A stretch of 64,000 bases of DNA from Azolla caroliniana (lineage: Eukaryota; Plantae; Polypodiophyta), in contig JBHGNT010000003.1 in NCBI GenBank assembly GCA_043228905.1, forward strand, positions 7,068,001-7,132,000, written 5' to 3'. The notes under the pieces are model-generated. The model ran no database searches and was not told where the DNA came from. It was given only the letters and a program-made list of their open reading frames with translations. The position numbers and the translations under genes are program-made. How positions within the stretch are numbered: the stretch's first letter is position 1; every line of letters starts with the position of its first letter. Positions 13,611-27,220 of this stretch are shown piece by piece.

Positions 13611-14289
13611 ACAGGAAAAAATTCTATCTAGATCATGCTGTAAACCTGGAATTAAATTTTTGCATCTTGTAGATTGGAGAGGGAGAGGAAGATTGAGAGA
13701 TTCGTCATATCGAAGCATATTCCGCTTCCAGATTGATGTTATTAGTAATTATTGGATGCTGAGCCATTTCACTTAGTGTTCATTTGACCTTGTATATTCC
13801 TCCATTATATTTTATTTATCAATATAACATCAATTAGAAAAGAGGGAAAGAAAGAAGATATACTTGCGTCTAACAAAAAGGCTGAAATCAGTTCATGTGA
13901 CAAATCATTATTATAAATATGGGTGAAGTCAAGTTATCTGTATTTGAATAAAAATAAAAGCTCTCGATTTCATAAAGATCCTTGATAGTGATCTTAATGC
14001 ATGAGTTGGCTATACAATTGATAACGATTTCTTGAGATGGTTTTACAAGCATGCCATGGATAATTTCAATGACTAAGATCTTGTATGGCATCTGATAGAA
14101 CATGAATATAATCCAAGTCTAAGGAGGTGCTAGTCTGTGAAGTTGCCTTCGTCTTACGATCAGACCAAAACTAGCTGCGATGGTGGAATTGCCGATCATC
14201 TTTGGCATTGCTAGCGTACAACCTTGAGTCAAACTTTGTGGTAATCATTTGGTCTTCCATTGATGAGCTCAATAATTCTCTGTTTTTGG

Positions 14290-14430
14290 GTCTACAAATG
14301 GATACAATAGGTCTTTTGTTTGATAATACTTTCACTTTATGGCCCATGGGTATACAATTGGATGCAATAGGTCTTTTGTTTGATAGTACCTTCACTATGG
14401 GTATACACTTGGATGCAATAGGACTTTTAG
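14290..14430. repeat. Short diverged tandem repeat (~50-60 bp, ~2.5 copies)
   Basis: GGAT(A/G)CAATAGG(T/A)CTTTT recurs three times. Confidence 0.6.
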
Positions 14431-15149
14431 ATTTTTGCATGTAGATGACATCTTTTTAAAAGTTCATCGACTAGCTAACTCATAAGAAAGATTGGCCTAG
14501 TAAGCAAGCATATACCACCTTATTTGTAAACCTTAAATTTGAGTTTGGATTCTACTTTAGACATTTAGAAATCATGATTCGATATCTTTCCTTCTATCCT
14601 TAAGATGGAGTTGCACACCATTGAACCATCTTAGGCTTCCCCACCATTGTCAACAATAGTATTTGATGATGCTAGTTGTAGAATCTAAGTTGATTGTTAT
14701 TGGCATCGTTGTTCTATTTATCATCTTGAATTGTGCTCCTAGTCTACTTATGCTTCTTGTTCCCAACCTTCTCCATGGCTTTACTCCATGGGGTATTGCA
14801 ATATCTCCTTCTATGCTCAACAAAAGTCAAGAATATGTTCGATCATAGATTGCCCAAACATGCTTGGAACATAGAGTACAATGCAAGCAACGGGGAAAAA
14901 ACCTAACAAAAGCAAAATCCTCTCATTTGGTTGAGCGCTTGACATTTTGAAATGATGTAAGAGATGGGGAGTAAAAGATCTATTAGAGCTCTTACGTGAT
15001 GCTATGTAGCATGTGATCATTGAAGATAGATCATTAAAGGTACTACAAATGAAGGGGCAAAGAGTCCAAAATGTCAAAATTGTAATATTACATTGGAAAG
15101 ATTAATCCCGATTGTTTGCCCCAATACAAGGTACAAATGCTCCCATGAG

Positions 15150-15530
15150 TTTTGGCTCTAACACATACTTGGAAACTCACTCATACAAGTTAGGTTAGCG
15201 TTATGGTATCATGACCCAAATATTAAGATATGCAATGAAAACCTAGTGGAGGATGAAGATCACACAATTATCACATGTTCCACATATAAGGTAATTTGCA
15301 CGCAATATGATGACTTGTAAACGAGCATGACGATGTGAGTACCATACTCAAATGTCCACCAAGACGGGTGAGCACATAGGAGCATGCATTATTTTCACAT
15401 CGATAATTTTTACTATAGAGTACGAAACCCCCTTCTTAAAGGAGTCACATACAAGATGATATGTTGATATTTGGTCCCATAGGTCAAATTTGGCCTATTC
15501 ATGGACGATAAAATATCTATTCTATTATAT
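15150..15530 (+). mobile_element. Eroded 3' end of an RTEX-like LINE
   Basis: Decayed KIC..VEDEDHTIITC motif; 3' segment ATTTGGTCCCATAGGTCAAATTTGGCC resembles the 3' end of the element at 538-2066. Confidence 0.4.
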
Positions 15531-18045
15531 TTCATACCAAGGCTTCGGGTTCAATTTTTCTACTTCCGTAACTTTAAGCTTTACTTTTTTGGTTAAAATG
15601 TTGTTGAGAACTTGAGACCGATTATATTTCATACCAAGCCTCATGGAAGTTTTAGGTTGATTTGAATACACGTAACACAATCATTGTAACAGTGCCTCAA
15701 TAATCGTCACAATGAGGGGCTTCTTTGGAAAGATGACCTCAACTAATTCTTAAGTTCATGTTAGTTTCAAGTATTAGAAGGGCTCATTGAAGTACTAGTT
15801 CAACAATTTGTCAAGTGTGCCTTCATCGAAGTCAAGTTTATCTAAAATGTCACTCGTTGAAGTGTAGTTTTATTGGAATCTTAGACTTATTCAAAATTAT
15901 ATAAATGGAGTCTCGTGAGAATGTTAGTTTTAGTGCTTGTTTAACTGAAATAGGAGGGTTAGTCCAACTATAAAACCTCATTGAATGACTATTCAAGCAT
16001 ATTGCTGAAGTTTTAAGGCTCATCTAAATTTTGGTTCATCCTAGTTTGAGTCATGTAGGGCTCATTCAGCTTGGGGATTCAGCCAACTTGGATTTTTGGG
16101 TTGTATTAAATTAAATGTTTCGAGGTACATAAAACCTTCTTCTTTTTCTCCAAAAATAAAACCTTCTATTTTGCTCTTGACATTGTATCTTCTTGAAACT
16201 TCTTTAATAATTACTAACTTGTTTATTGGGGAATACACCTACACAATTGCAACTAAACTGTAGGGAATTTTTTGGAAATCAACAAAACCATAGGAGAAAA
16301 ATAGCTTTAATCAAGACAAGTTAAAATTAATTAGAGGGATTATGTTGATGTCTTGATACCAAAAAAATATAAATACACTTGCAATTGAAAACTAAAATTT
16401 AAAACAAATGTGAAAGTTTTTTTTGAGGCAATGCCTTCTTTATGCTAGTTCCTCTATCCATCCTAAGAGCTTATAAAAGGCTCAACGACACATATATTTA
16501 TGTCCGCGAAGTCCCCAACAATAGTGTTAAATGTCAAGATAGAGGCTTGCGAGTTTAGGGCTTTCTTTGTTGATTTGTTGTCATGGAGGCTCAAGTAGGC
16601 AAACACTCTATTGTTAGCAAGATGGGCAAAAGAGGCTATCAACCACTCTCAAGTATGCCAACAAAGTAAAGTGGCAATGGTTTCTTTATGTTTCTTCCTC
16701 TCTCCATCCCAAGACCTTACAAAAACCTCAATCAAAAGGTTGTTTGCGCCCACCTAGTCCCTAATAGGGGCATTATGTGTCAAGATAAAGAGTTACGTTA
16801 TACCTTAAACCCTACTATTTAAGCTCAAATCTTATATGGGAGAGGGAGAGAAAAAGGTTGAGGTCAAGACTCAAGATCAAGGTGAAAATATGAAGAAGAG
16901 GTAAAAAGTTTATACATATATATAATTTTGTCCCAAGAATTTTCTCAAGCGTTTTGAAGTCCTACTCCTTTCATTGTTACCTTGGGCTAACGTTGGTATT
17001 GCTAGACAACATAATCAAAGTGAAGTTGTTGTCCCCAACATATAACAGTTCCATGAGCGCTCATAGTGTGATTTAAAAAACTATGATGCTTGAATACTTC
17101 TCACACAATGAGATTGTTGTGTCCCTACTATTAATAAACACGGTGGATGCAAGGAAATGTGCGATGTTTATAAAGAAATCTAAAGAACTAGATTTTCATG
17201 GACTCTTTGTAACTAGTAGAGTGCAACATCCTAGACCAAATATATACAATCATCAACAAAATTACAAACTTGAGGCAAGTCATAGTTAGTGGTTACTAAC
17301 TCTAAAGTATTGTGAGCTTCGAGAAGAATATTTCAAAATGTATGCCATTTTGCCAATTGAATTTGATCATGAGTTTTATGCCAATGGTTGGATCTCAATC
17401 AAGAAGCACAATTTGGAATAGTATTCGAGTGAAAGTAGATTAACAAATATTTTTTTAAATGGAGTTAAGAATAATTGAATCTACATTTGTTTTGAAGACA
17501 TTAGTTAACATTAACCATAGGTAATGAAGACCCACAGGGATTTATTTCCAATAATAAAAAAATGATGTGATTAGGAAATTAAAACACATTAAAAGAAATT
17601 ACACCCAACAAGCTTATTGTCAATTAAGAACTTTTGCATTTTGGAAATCTATGAGATTATTGTGTTCATTCTAGACAATTGCTCTATGGGGAGAACCATG
17701 CAACCATTACTACAGAGGATTTGACACTGGCCAAATGATCTTTGTCATAGATCTCAACATTTATTTCTGCAACTTCAAATTTATGTGAATGAAAAACGAT
17801 CGGATAGAGTTGCATATATGCCCATGGTTTGTATCAAGGCACTTCCATGGGAAAAATCAGTTGCCTTATCTCCCATGATGAAGGGCATGGATAGATCAAC
17901 ATTGGCTAAACTTGTGACAAATGTAGACGACCATCTACATAATCCTAATTATGACATTCATGCAACCACTGTTTGTACTAATCAAACTTATTCTGTTAGC
18001 AGTTCCAACAACATCAATGCTTTCATCAAATATGACCATCATAGT

Positions 18046-21000
18046 TTTTTTCTTTTCTTTTCTTTTTTTCCAAAAAAAGTATATACTCCTTTAGTTAAAA
18101 TATACACAAACTCGATCCCTTTCTCGGGAAGGCCGAGCCAAGACTATCCTATCCTACACAAGAGATCTTGCTTCTTTATCTTACACTTACACATATGGCT
18201 CTAGCCATCACCTACATTCACTATCCCACATGCCATGTCTTTCACTCCCCTCATTTATCTAATGGGAGGGGGGAACAACCATTTGGGTACTTCATACTTC
18301 CATAGTATATCCATTCCATTTGTTGCAGCTATCGGTGTAGTACACCATCGCTTTCGAAAATTCAACTTCATTAGTTTTGCAACATCATTAGTACCATCAA
18401 TCCGCTCATATTGAGCTCTTAGTGTAGTTATTAATGTGTGCCAGATTAGCTTCATCGATTCAATTGGGGAGCGTTTGTGTGCTGAAAATACCCTGGTACA
18501 CCTTGTTGTCCATATATACCATATAGTAATGGGGGCAAGGAACATCCAAAAATCTCCAAGTTTTTTATTTTGTGCACAAGTTGTAGGTACCCTGTTGTTA
18601 GTGATCAGCCACACAATGCCATTCTCCCCTCTATACTTAGCATCGCATGTGCTATCGTATTTTGCCACATCATCCTCAAGACAAATCTAGCAAGCATGTC
18701 CCTATTTGAGGGTGAACGAACTAGAGGCATGGCAAAGCAAACGTAGTGCCCTTCCCCATACGGCCACTACCTCGCAACATTCCCATAGACAATGGGAAAT
18801 GCTTTCTATCTGTCCACAAGCAGTACATCTAAGGTCTACATTGGGGCCTTTACCCCACGTCCCTACCAGCAAGGCTCTGTGTGCAATAAGCCATAAACAC
18901 ATCATTATCTTGCGGTCATATCTGTCATGCCATATCATTTTCCAGAATTTATGTAGTCTCATTTCACTAATGCCCTCCTGTATCCAAAATTTCCTTGCTG
19001 CAATCTTGTCGTGTTCTTGTTCTAGTATAATTTGCCTCCCAATCTTCGTGTTATACCTAAATATTTGAACCAGCTTTTCCCCATCAGTTCGTCCTTGAGT
19101 TCTCCAACAATACATCGCTAGGTCTCATGATAACTGATCCAAATGCCCTTGTATAGGCCAACACACTGACGTTGGTGTGATCTCCGTTGGTTTAGGGTCA
19201 ATAATCATATTCTTGCTATTTTTTGCGATTAGCCTAATCAACCTTTCTCTTTGAAAGGCTAGTTGCTCAACTCTTACCATTCCGTGCTCTAGTGTGTAGT
19301 AGAATAACTCATTTGATTCTACTTTTATTCCCTTAATGCCAATTAAATAGTTCTCAACATCTATAAGTTCTGTCCACGCAATTTCAGAGGTTGCTACTTC
19401 TTCCTCTTCCAGGGTATTCCTGTAGCATGCAATGACATCTGTAATTCTCTTGAGCATGCCTTTACCCTTGCTTATTCTCCATATTCTAGCCTTTTGAGTG
19501 CCCACCTCATTGGACAAAAACCTCTCCCACTCCACTAATGCATTCCCTTGGGTATTGATTAACTCAGCCCATTTGAAACCTGCTTTTTGGCCTATCATCA
19601 ACCCATCCATATCTCTAATCAATGGGTTCCATACAATTGGCTTGTACATCCGCGCATATGCATCATTTCTCCACCTACATGTGATCCCCTTTCTGATTTC
19701 TTGTCATGCTTTCATAATTCCAATAGCACAACTCTGCATACTTCCCCAGTATTTGGGTCTCATTTCTGGCACAAAGCCCCAAAATGGGTTGCTTGGCCAT
19801 CGTCCACCTGGTCTCGGCAACCACATCTTCCATCTACGTTGCCATAGAACTTTCCAAGGTGCCTCAGGAGGTTGTAGGCTCCTGACCACTAGTTTGCCTA
19901 GCAAGGCCTTCGTTTGCACCACGGGATCTATCAAACCCACCCCCCCTTCACTTTTCCTTTTTATAAGCGTGGTCCAAGCAACCTTTGCACAAGCCTGTTT
20001 TTCCTCCGTGTCCTCCCATAAGAAATTTCTGATAATCCTTTTTATCAATTTCATCGACTTGGGCACGATTATCCAGCATGCAACTGTATGCCAAATAGTG
20101 GCCATTAGAATCTGATTTGCAATCACAATCTTGCCCGCAAAGGATAGTTTTCTTGCATTCCACCATATTAACTTCGGTTTTATTTTGTCCACTAGTAGAT
20201 TGTAATGTTCTACTCGATCGATGTCCATACCAATTTGGAAACCCAAGTATCTAGTAGTTTCTCCTTTCCTCAACCATCTAAAATTGGGGTCGGGGACCCA
20301 ATTTAACATGGGCTTATTATTGATCCAAATGCCCACAGATTTATTCCAATTTATTTTAGCATCCAATCCCCTACAAAACTCATCAATTGTGTTTTGCAAT
20401 CTGCCCAAGTTGTGTGCATCACCTTTGACATAGGTCATTGTGTCATCAGCATATGCCGTATCAAGCACCATACCTTCATCATCGGGCAAGGTAAGGCCTT
20501 GTATTTGCCAAGATCTATCAGCAAGTTGATAATGCAAAGCTTCTGCTGCAATGATGTATAAGTACGGGGCCAATGGGTATCCTTGGCGTACCAAACATAG
20601 CATCTTAAAGCTCTTCCCCATACTTCCGGCCATTAACACTTGGCTGGATGCACCTCTGTAAAAGGCACTCATTCCAAGGATCCATTGTTGTTCAAAGCCT
20701 AGGGCTGCCATCACTGCTTCTAGGAAATCCCATGAAATCCTGTCATATGCTTTTTCGAAGTCGAGTAGCATTACTGGTAGGTCCACTTCTTGCTCCTCCG
20801 CCCATGCTGAGTATTCCCAGAATGTTATCACATTGTCAACAATGCTCCGGTTTTCGAGGAAGCCAGTTTGTGTTGTATGTATAATGTTCCCAAGAACCAT
20901 TTTCTATCTCTTACTTACGACTTTGGCCATTATCTTATATGCATTTGTGAGAATCGTCAATGGTCGCCAATTATCAAGCATTGTTAGGTCTTTACCAACC

Positions 21001-22700
21001 TTGGGTATTAAATAAATCATGCCTCTACACATTGTTGTGGGCATTAATCCTTCTACCATAATGTATTGCATCCTTGCCAGCATGTCATCCTTAATTAGAT
21101 GCCAATATTGGATGTAAAAGTATATAGGAAGTCCATCAATTCCTGCATAGCTTTGTTTGTTCATATCCCCAATAACATCCCACAATTCATGCATACCTAT
21201 AAGGGTATTTAGTCGGTCCATCATCTGAGTTGTAACTTTCCTTGGTATCCTATTTATTATATTTCTGAAGGCAACCTGGTCAATTAGTTCCTCATTGCAT
21301 ACACTTAGTAGTTGAGTGTAATAGCTTGTGGCTATTTCAAGCATTTCCTCTTTGGATGTGGTCATTGTGCCATCTATCTTTTTTAAGCATGAAGGTTGAA
21401 TCCCGGATCCTTTGCATTTAACAGCTTCAAAAAAGCCTTTAGTAACCCAATCTCCTACCCTCATCCAGCTTGTTGCCTTACTTCGATAGGCATAGGTACT
21501 CCTAAGTTTTTGGTACATCTCTAATTTGCTTTTGGCCTCCTCTAGTCGAGCCTCAATCCATACATTATGTGGGTATAATTCTCTTAGTTGTTGCATAGAA
21601 GCGAGTGACCATTGCATTCTCTGCATTTTCTCCCTTATCTCTTTTCTAATTTCAATCGCTTTATGTTGAAAAAAATTTGCACATGCCTCAAGTTTCCCAG
21701 CCAGCCTATGAGCAGGGTCAAGGTACCTCCATTTGATATTAGACCATATTTTCCGTATATCATCAGTCCATTTAGTATCCATAACCAATGCCTTGCACAC
21801 CTTCACATTATGTGGCTTGCATCGATTGTTTTCTTGTATGTGCAATAGAACTGGGGCATGATTAGAGAACATTGTACTCGGACAAATAATGCATCTGCCT
21901 TTCCTATCCATGAGTCGAGGGTCCAAATACCATCTGTCCAACCTGGACATCGTCCGCCCATGCACACTTCCTCCTACTCTAGAGTATCGAAGATATTTTT
22001 CTTTTTGTATTTGAAAGTCAGTTGCATTCCAACAGTCTATCACATTATATGCTAAACAAAACTTATCCCATGCATACTTCTCCATGTATTGGCTGCTGAA
22101 ATCCATGTATTAGCTTATCCCCTGCACCGTGCCATTTGCATTGCCTCTTCTATCTTCTAGATGCTCCACCATATTAAAGTCTCCTCCAATGATCCACAAC
22201 TCAGCATCTGGCTTCTTGGCCACTAATTGCAACCAGAATTCTTGTCTTTCAACAGTTGAGTTTGGGGCATATATGTTCAGAATGCCCAAGTGCCCACAGC
22301 TATGTTTTATCCTTAATACTTATGTAGACAACACGACCCTCTATTAAACTCCCCCTGCTTGTACAATCAACAGTAAACTTAGCTTTCATGGCAATAAGTA
22401 CTCCCCCCTGAATCTGCCTATTCCCCGTAACTGTTGACCATGTATTGGTTCAATTCCCAGGGCAAATGCTTCCAATTTTATTGATCTTATCCTCATCTAG
22501 ATGGTGCTCCTGCACCAAGATAATATTAGGCACCACTGCCTCGATGCAATGCTGGATTTCAGCAGCCAATACATTCTTTTTCATCTGGAATTGGGTGCCA
22601 CCAATTCCTTGTATATTCCAAGTTATGGGTGCACCTTTGATCTCAATATAGACCCCAATGGGTGCCAAATGATTGGCTTGTGGACATGAGTTCAAACTAC
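18046..22700 (-). mobile_element. Degenerate L1-clade LINE, ORF2 (APE endonuclease, RT, zf-RVT)
   Basis: ITWNIQG and GGDFN..RLDRWY endonuclease motifs; WRPLTIL, LLDFEKAYD, VRQGYPLAP, AYADD, RYLG RT motifs; CTAC..ESISHCLWEC zinc knuckle; A-rich tail at 18046-18069; several stops and frameshifts. Confidence 0.9.
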
Positions 22701-25700
22701 CCTTATCCTATCAATGATGGTTAGGAAACAATTCATCCTCGCTCACATAAGCTATGAATAAAACCCTCCTTCAATGTTTGCCCAATATATGGTGCAACAT
22801 TAGTTCTCTTGAAACATGAAGGAGTTTTTCCAAATCACCACATTAACACAAGATGCCCTGTAATCATCATAAAGCTTCCAGTGGCTCCAGTGTGCTCATC
22901 CCCTAGACTTTTGTCCATATCATGACTTTCCCATCCTCGGCATGCCACACCTCAACCTACCTCTACATTTAGAGTCACATGCCTTCTTACCATAGTTTCA
23001 AACACCAAACCCCTACTTTATTCACCTTGATTTTTCTTCCACAACACAATCCCCATCTATCACCCTTCTACCACAACACCTTGACTTTTATTTATTTATT
23101 TAAACTTTTTATTCTTCTCAAGCTTTTTCTTCATGTTGTACAAGTTAAGTTTATGTCTTCTTCTTAAATATAAAAGCCTAAACTTTTATTAGTGATTTCC
23201 AAATATTTCATGAAAATTTAGCACGATGACAAGTTTGCTTGGCTACCCTTGGTAGAGCTTGTCTTTACAAGCCATACATCGATTCTAGATTTAGGACCAA
23301 AGTCACAATGAACGGTCAAGATGAAAAATTGTATTGGGATGATGATGGAACAATATTTTATTCATATGTGGCTAACCCATTGTTAAAAGCCATCATCATA
23401 TTAGCTCTCATCAGAATGATTAGAAGTAGTAGAAAGTTATTCAAATGGAACAATAAAGGTAGTTAATAGTTGGTCAATTGAAAATTTCAATTCATCGATG
23501 AACCATACGTTAGACAATTTCATACCATGAACCATGGCAATTGGTAGTGACGAAAGACATACACGAACTACCAAAACTATGCAGTATCCTACATTCAAAT
23601 AGGGGGGTGGACAAGTATGTCAACTCATCAGTGGCCACCGAAATTGAGACGATTAAAACAAATGATAGCCCCTTCATAGATGAGTAATTGTGTATCAACT
23701 AGAGAGTTTTTATTCTTACTAGGTAATAGTATGATGGAGATACACATGTGACATGAGAACAACAAACCCAAAAAAGTAAAAATGAACCACATTTTAAAAC
23801 TCGATTCTTTTTATATAATTTTATTTTTCAGTACATACATTTAAATGAAAATCTTGTCCTACATGGAGAAGCGTGTTAAAACTTTATTCACTTGGGTCGG
23901 AACAATTATATTTTAATGCCTATTTTGCATACTTGTCATAACTCTTTAAACATACACTATGTAGCCCTTTAGTTTTATGTGCTTCCTCAAGAGCTCTATA
24001 TTGAATCAAATCTCATTACATTTTCGCACATTTTCAGGAGGTTTATGTGTAAATGAAACCATTTGTCAACAACAAAATATGTATTGCGCATTATACTTGA
24101 ATGTAGCGGTTATTTAATTTCCAAATCCTTTTAAATAGCTTTACGGTGTTATTTCATACTAGCACTCGACATTGATTAAAGTACTTACATGAATGTCGCA
24201 TACTCATAAAGGTTGTTCAAACTCTCCAATATTGATTGAATACAAGTACAAAGTCCAAGCTTGTCTAAGTCGTAATGATGGCCATGTGCAACACATTGTT
24301 TATCTTTTTATTGCATCGACAACTTACAAGATGCCGTTTGCTCACATGTCTAATACCAAGTCATCGAGAAGCCTTGAAATTGGCCATTAGGGCTTATATC
24401 TTTTGAATATATGACAAAACCTTGTTAGCATTTTATGAATCTTCTAATCTTAGACATGACTTGTTTTGTATGTAATGGCAAGAGCAAATGTTTTGTATGC
24501 TACTCCAAGTTACAACCAACGTGTAGTAATGATCCACATATGTATGTATGCAGTCTATTTTGAAGGACCCCAAAGATCAACTTTAATTTTCAAACTAAGT
24601 ACACAATGTCGAGGCTTCCAAGGATATTGGGGTCTACTCACTTTTTGAATAGTGTACAATTCGGAATATTTCTTAAGATAATGGAAATGTTTAAATCCCT
24701 TATTTTCATTAGGAACCAAATGAAACACAACAATCTATGTTTTCTATATTAAAGGAAAAGAAATGAAAAATCTAGTACACCAGAGGATAACATGGTTTAT
24801 GGATACTTTTTCATCCACGACACCTGCTCCCCTTTATTTCTAGTTTATTTCTACGTATATTGTATTTGCATTTGTATTTGTTCATTCCAAAACTGGAGAG
24901 ATATCTTAAGTCATTAACAAAATGCGCCTTGCCAATGTCCATCTAGGTTTCAAATTCAGAAATACCTCTTCTCTTGCATTTATATCATCATATCGTTATT
25001 GTCTAGTTTCTTGTTTATATGATAATGGATGGTCATCATTGTGAGAAAGCACATCGCTACAGTAATGTTGAACATGTTTGATCTTAGTGGCTCCTTTGAA
25101 ATTTTAACGTTCTAGAGCTCATGTGGCTTGCCCATTTCATTTCATTGACTCACATTCCCTTTACATTCAATCGCTCTGTGCGTCTCTCTCTATTTGTGTG
25201 TGTGTGTGTGTTCACATGCTTACCTACCACATATGTATTAATTTTTTTAGTAAAACCTACATTGGAATCCAGGAAGATGAAAAATCACACCCTCATATAG
25301 TCATAACATCGAGAGCTATGATGAAAGAGTACATACAGTGTTGATACATTACGGTTTTAAAGATATGACAAAACTCTAGCATTAACATGCAAGCCCATGG
25401 TACTATCATGAACATGACAAACTTTAGCATTAACATGCAACGCCCATAGTACTACTACTAGATAGTAGAGTGTGAAGAGGAGTTCCTAACCAAATGCATT
25501 CAAACGCTTTGAAGAGAGAGTAACACCCGACATCTTATATGATCGTAATGAGTTTGGTACGAAGTTATGTTCCGATATATACATATATATAACCGACAAA
25601 CCAAAAGAAGTTGGTGTGATGCTGCTACCGACAAGGCTTCGGCGATCTCGTACGAGTTTGTTCCGATATGCGGGCGGGGGTATGCACACATCGAAAAGGA

Positions 25701-25829
25701 ACCAGAAGAAAAAGGTCTAGCAAGATGTTGCCAAACCGAAGCGAGGCCCTTGCGCATATGTATGATCCATGCTAGTGGAGGAGGAGCTCGAGATGTTATG
25801 GGTGAGACAGCAAGCAACATAAAGAGATT

Positions 25830-26440
25830 GCCATACATATATATGTATATACATGTACGCATGTACGTATGTGTGTGTGTGTATGTATGTATGTATTCGT
25901 ACATATACATGTATGTATGTGTGTATGTACATACATGTTCCCCATGGGGGAAGGAGAAGCTCCTACTACATCCCCATAGCAAACAAACGTGAATTTATTC
26001 ACTCTCATTCATGTGGATCATTCTCAATGTGTGATGAGGAGCGCCAATGAGATGTAAAATGTGTTTGTAACTCAACATTTTTTTAAATGTTATCCCCACA
26101 CATCTATACATACATACATATCTGTATTTTTATACATACATACATACATATCTATACATACACATACACACAGACACACATATATATACACATACATACA
26201 TTTCTATATTTTTATACATACATACATACATACACAAGGTGTTAATGTGTTAGTAACAAAACCTTTTTATGTTAGCCCGGTACATCTATACATACGTATA
26301 CATACGTACATAACGTATGTGTACATATACATACATACACACACATACATACATACATATGTGTACATATGTACATCATGGCATACATACACACATACAT
26401 ATCTATCTGTACAGAGATCTCTCTGTACACATATAAAATA
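25830..26440. repeat. Compound (TACA)n/(TA)n/(CA)n microsatellite region
   Basis: Long runs of CATA/TATG and CA/TG dinucleotides. Confidence 0.85.
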
Positions 26441-26584
26441 TAGACAGTGTCTCGACAAAAAGAGGTCGTGTGTTCGAATCCGTCCATCACCATCACCATC
26501 ACCATCTCTCTGTGTCTGCCTGTCTGTCTGTCTGTCGCAGAGCTCCTTCCATTTCCCATGGAAAGAAAGCAACCAAGCAGCTCC

Positions 26585-27175
26585 CATTAAAGCTTCCACA
26601 TACCAGTCACGACGTATAGAATCTTGCTGTAATAAGCCGTGTAGAAACCTCCACATACAGTCTGAGGAGGAGATGGAGGTAAAGATGGATATGGAGGTGA
26701 AGATGGTACAGAACCTGCAGTAATCCGCGCTTTGATGGTATAGAACCTGCAGCAATCCGTGCTTTTTACTGGCCTGCCGCCTGCAATCAAGCTTTTTCCA
26801 TTAAAGCTTCCACATTCAGTCTGAGGTAGTTAAACCTGCGGTAAGCCACTTTACTTTTACCGGCTAAACCTGCAATCAAGCTTCCACAGACAGTCTGAGG
26901 TAGTAGTACCTGCAGTAAGCCACTTTACTGTCTACACCAGCAACCGAGCTTCCATTAAAGCTTCCACGTACAAGCTGAGGTAGTAGAATTTGTAGTAAGC
27001 CAATTTTACTGTCTACTCTATTAAACAAGCTTCCATTAAAGCTTCCATATATAATCTGAGGTAGTAGAACCTGCAGTGAGCCACTTTACTGAACCTGCAG
27101 CTTCCCTCCTCCACTTACGCTAAGCTTCCGCGTACAGCTTCTCACTTCCTGACTCGGAGCTTTCCATTAAAGCTG
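26585..27175 (+). repeat. Diverged ~75-85-bp tandem array immediately upstream of the DUF688 gene
   Basis: Core (TCCATT)AAAGCTTCCAC..(A)GTCTGAGGTAGTAGAACCTGCAGTAAGCCACTTTACT at about 26797, 26878, 26951 and 27032, with partial copies either side. Confidence 0.8.
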
Positions 27176-27220
27176 TTTTTGAGGCCATACAGAGCATTCT
27201 TGAAAAGCTTGCGATCTACC

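Noticed and set aside
16440-16790. Two diverged ~100-bp copies about 245 bp apart
   Set aside because: Too degraded to assign; probably an old TE remnant
18436-22689. Plus-strand ORFs overlapping the L1
   Set aside because: Antisense shadows of L1 ORF2 with no independent motifs
25486-26790. Several overlapping 60-220-aa ORFs on both strands
   Set aside because: Mostly products of stop-poor (TACA)n/(CA)n microsatellite; no recognisable domain
26976-27070. TGAGGTAGTAGA matches the first 12 nt of animal let-7f
   Set aside because: Match stops after 11-12 nt, no complementary arm is visible, and let-7 is not a plant miRNA; treated as coincidence within the array
26585-27175. CRISPR-like repeat-spacer appearance
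   Set aside because: Repeats are degenerate and ~50 bp, linkers are related to each other, the context is eukaryotic and there are no cas genes
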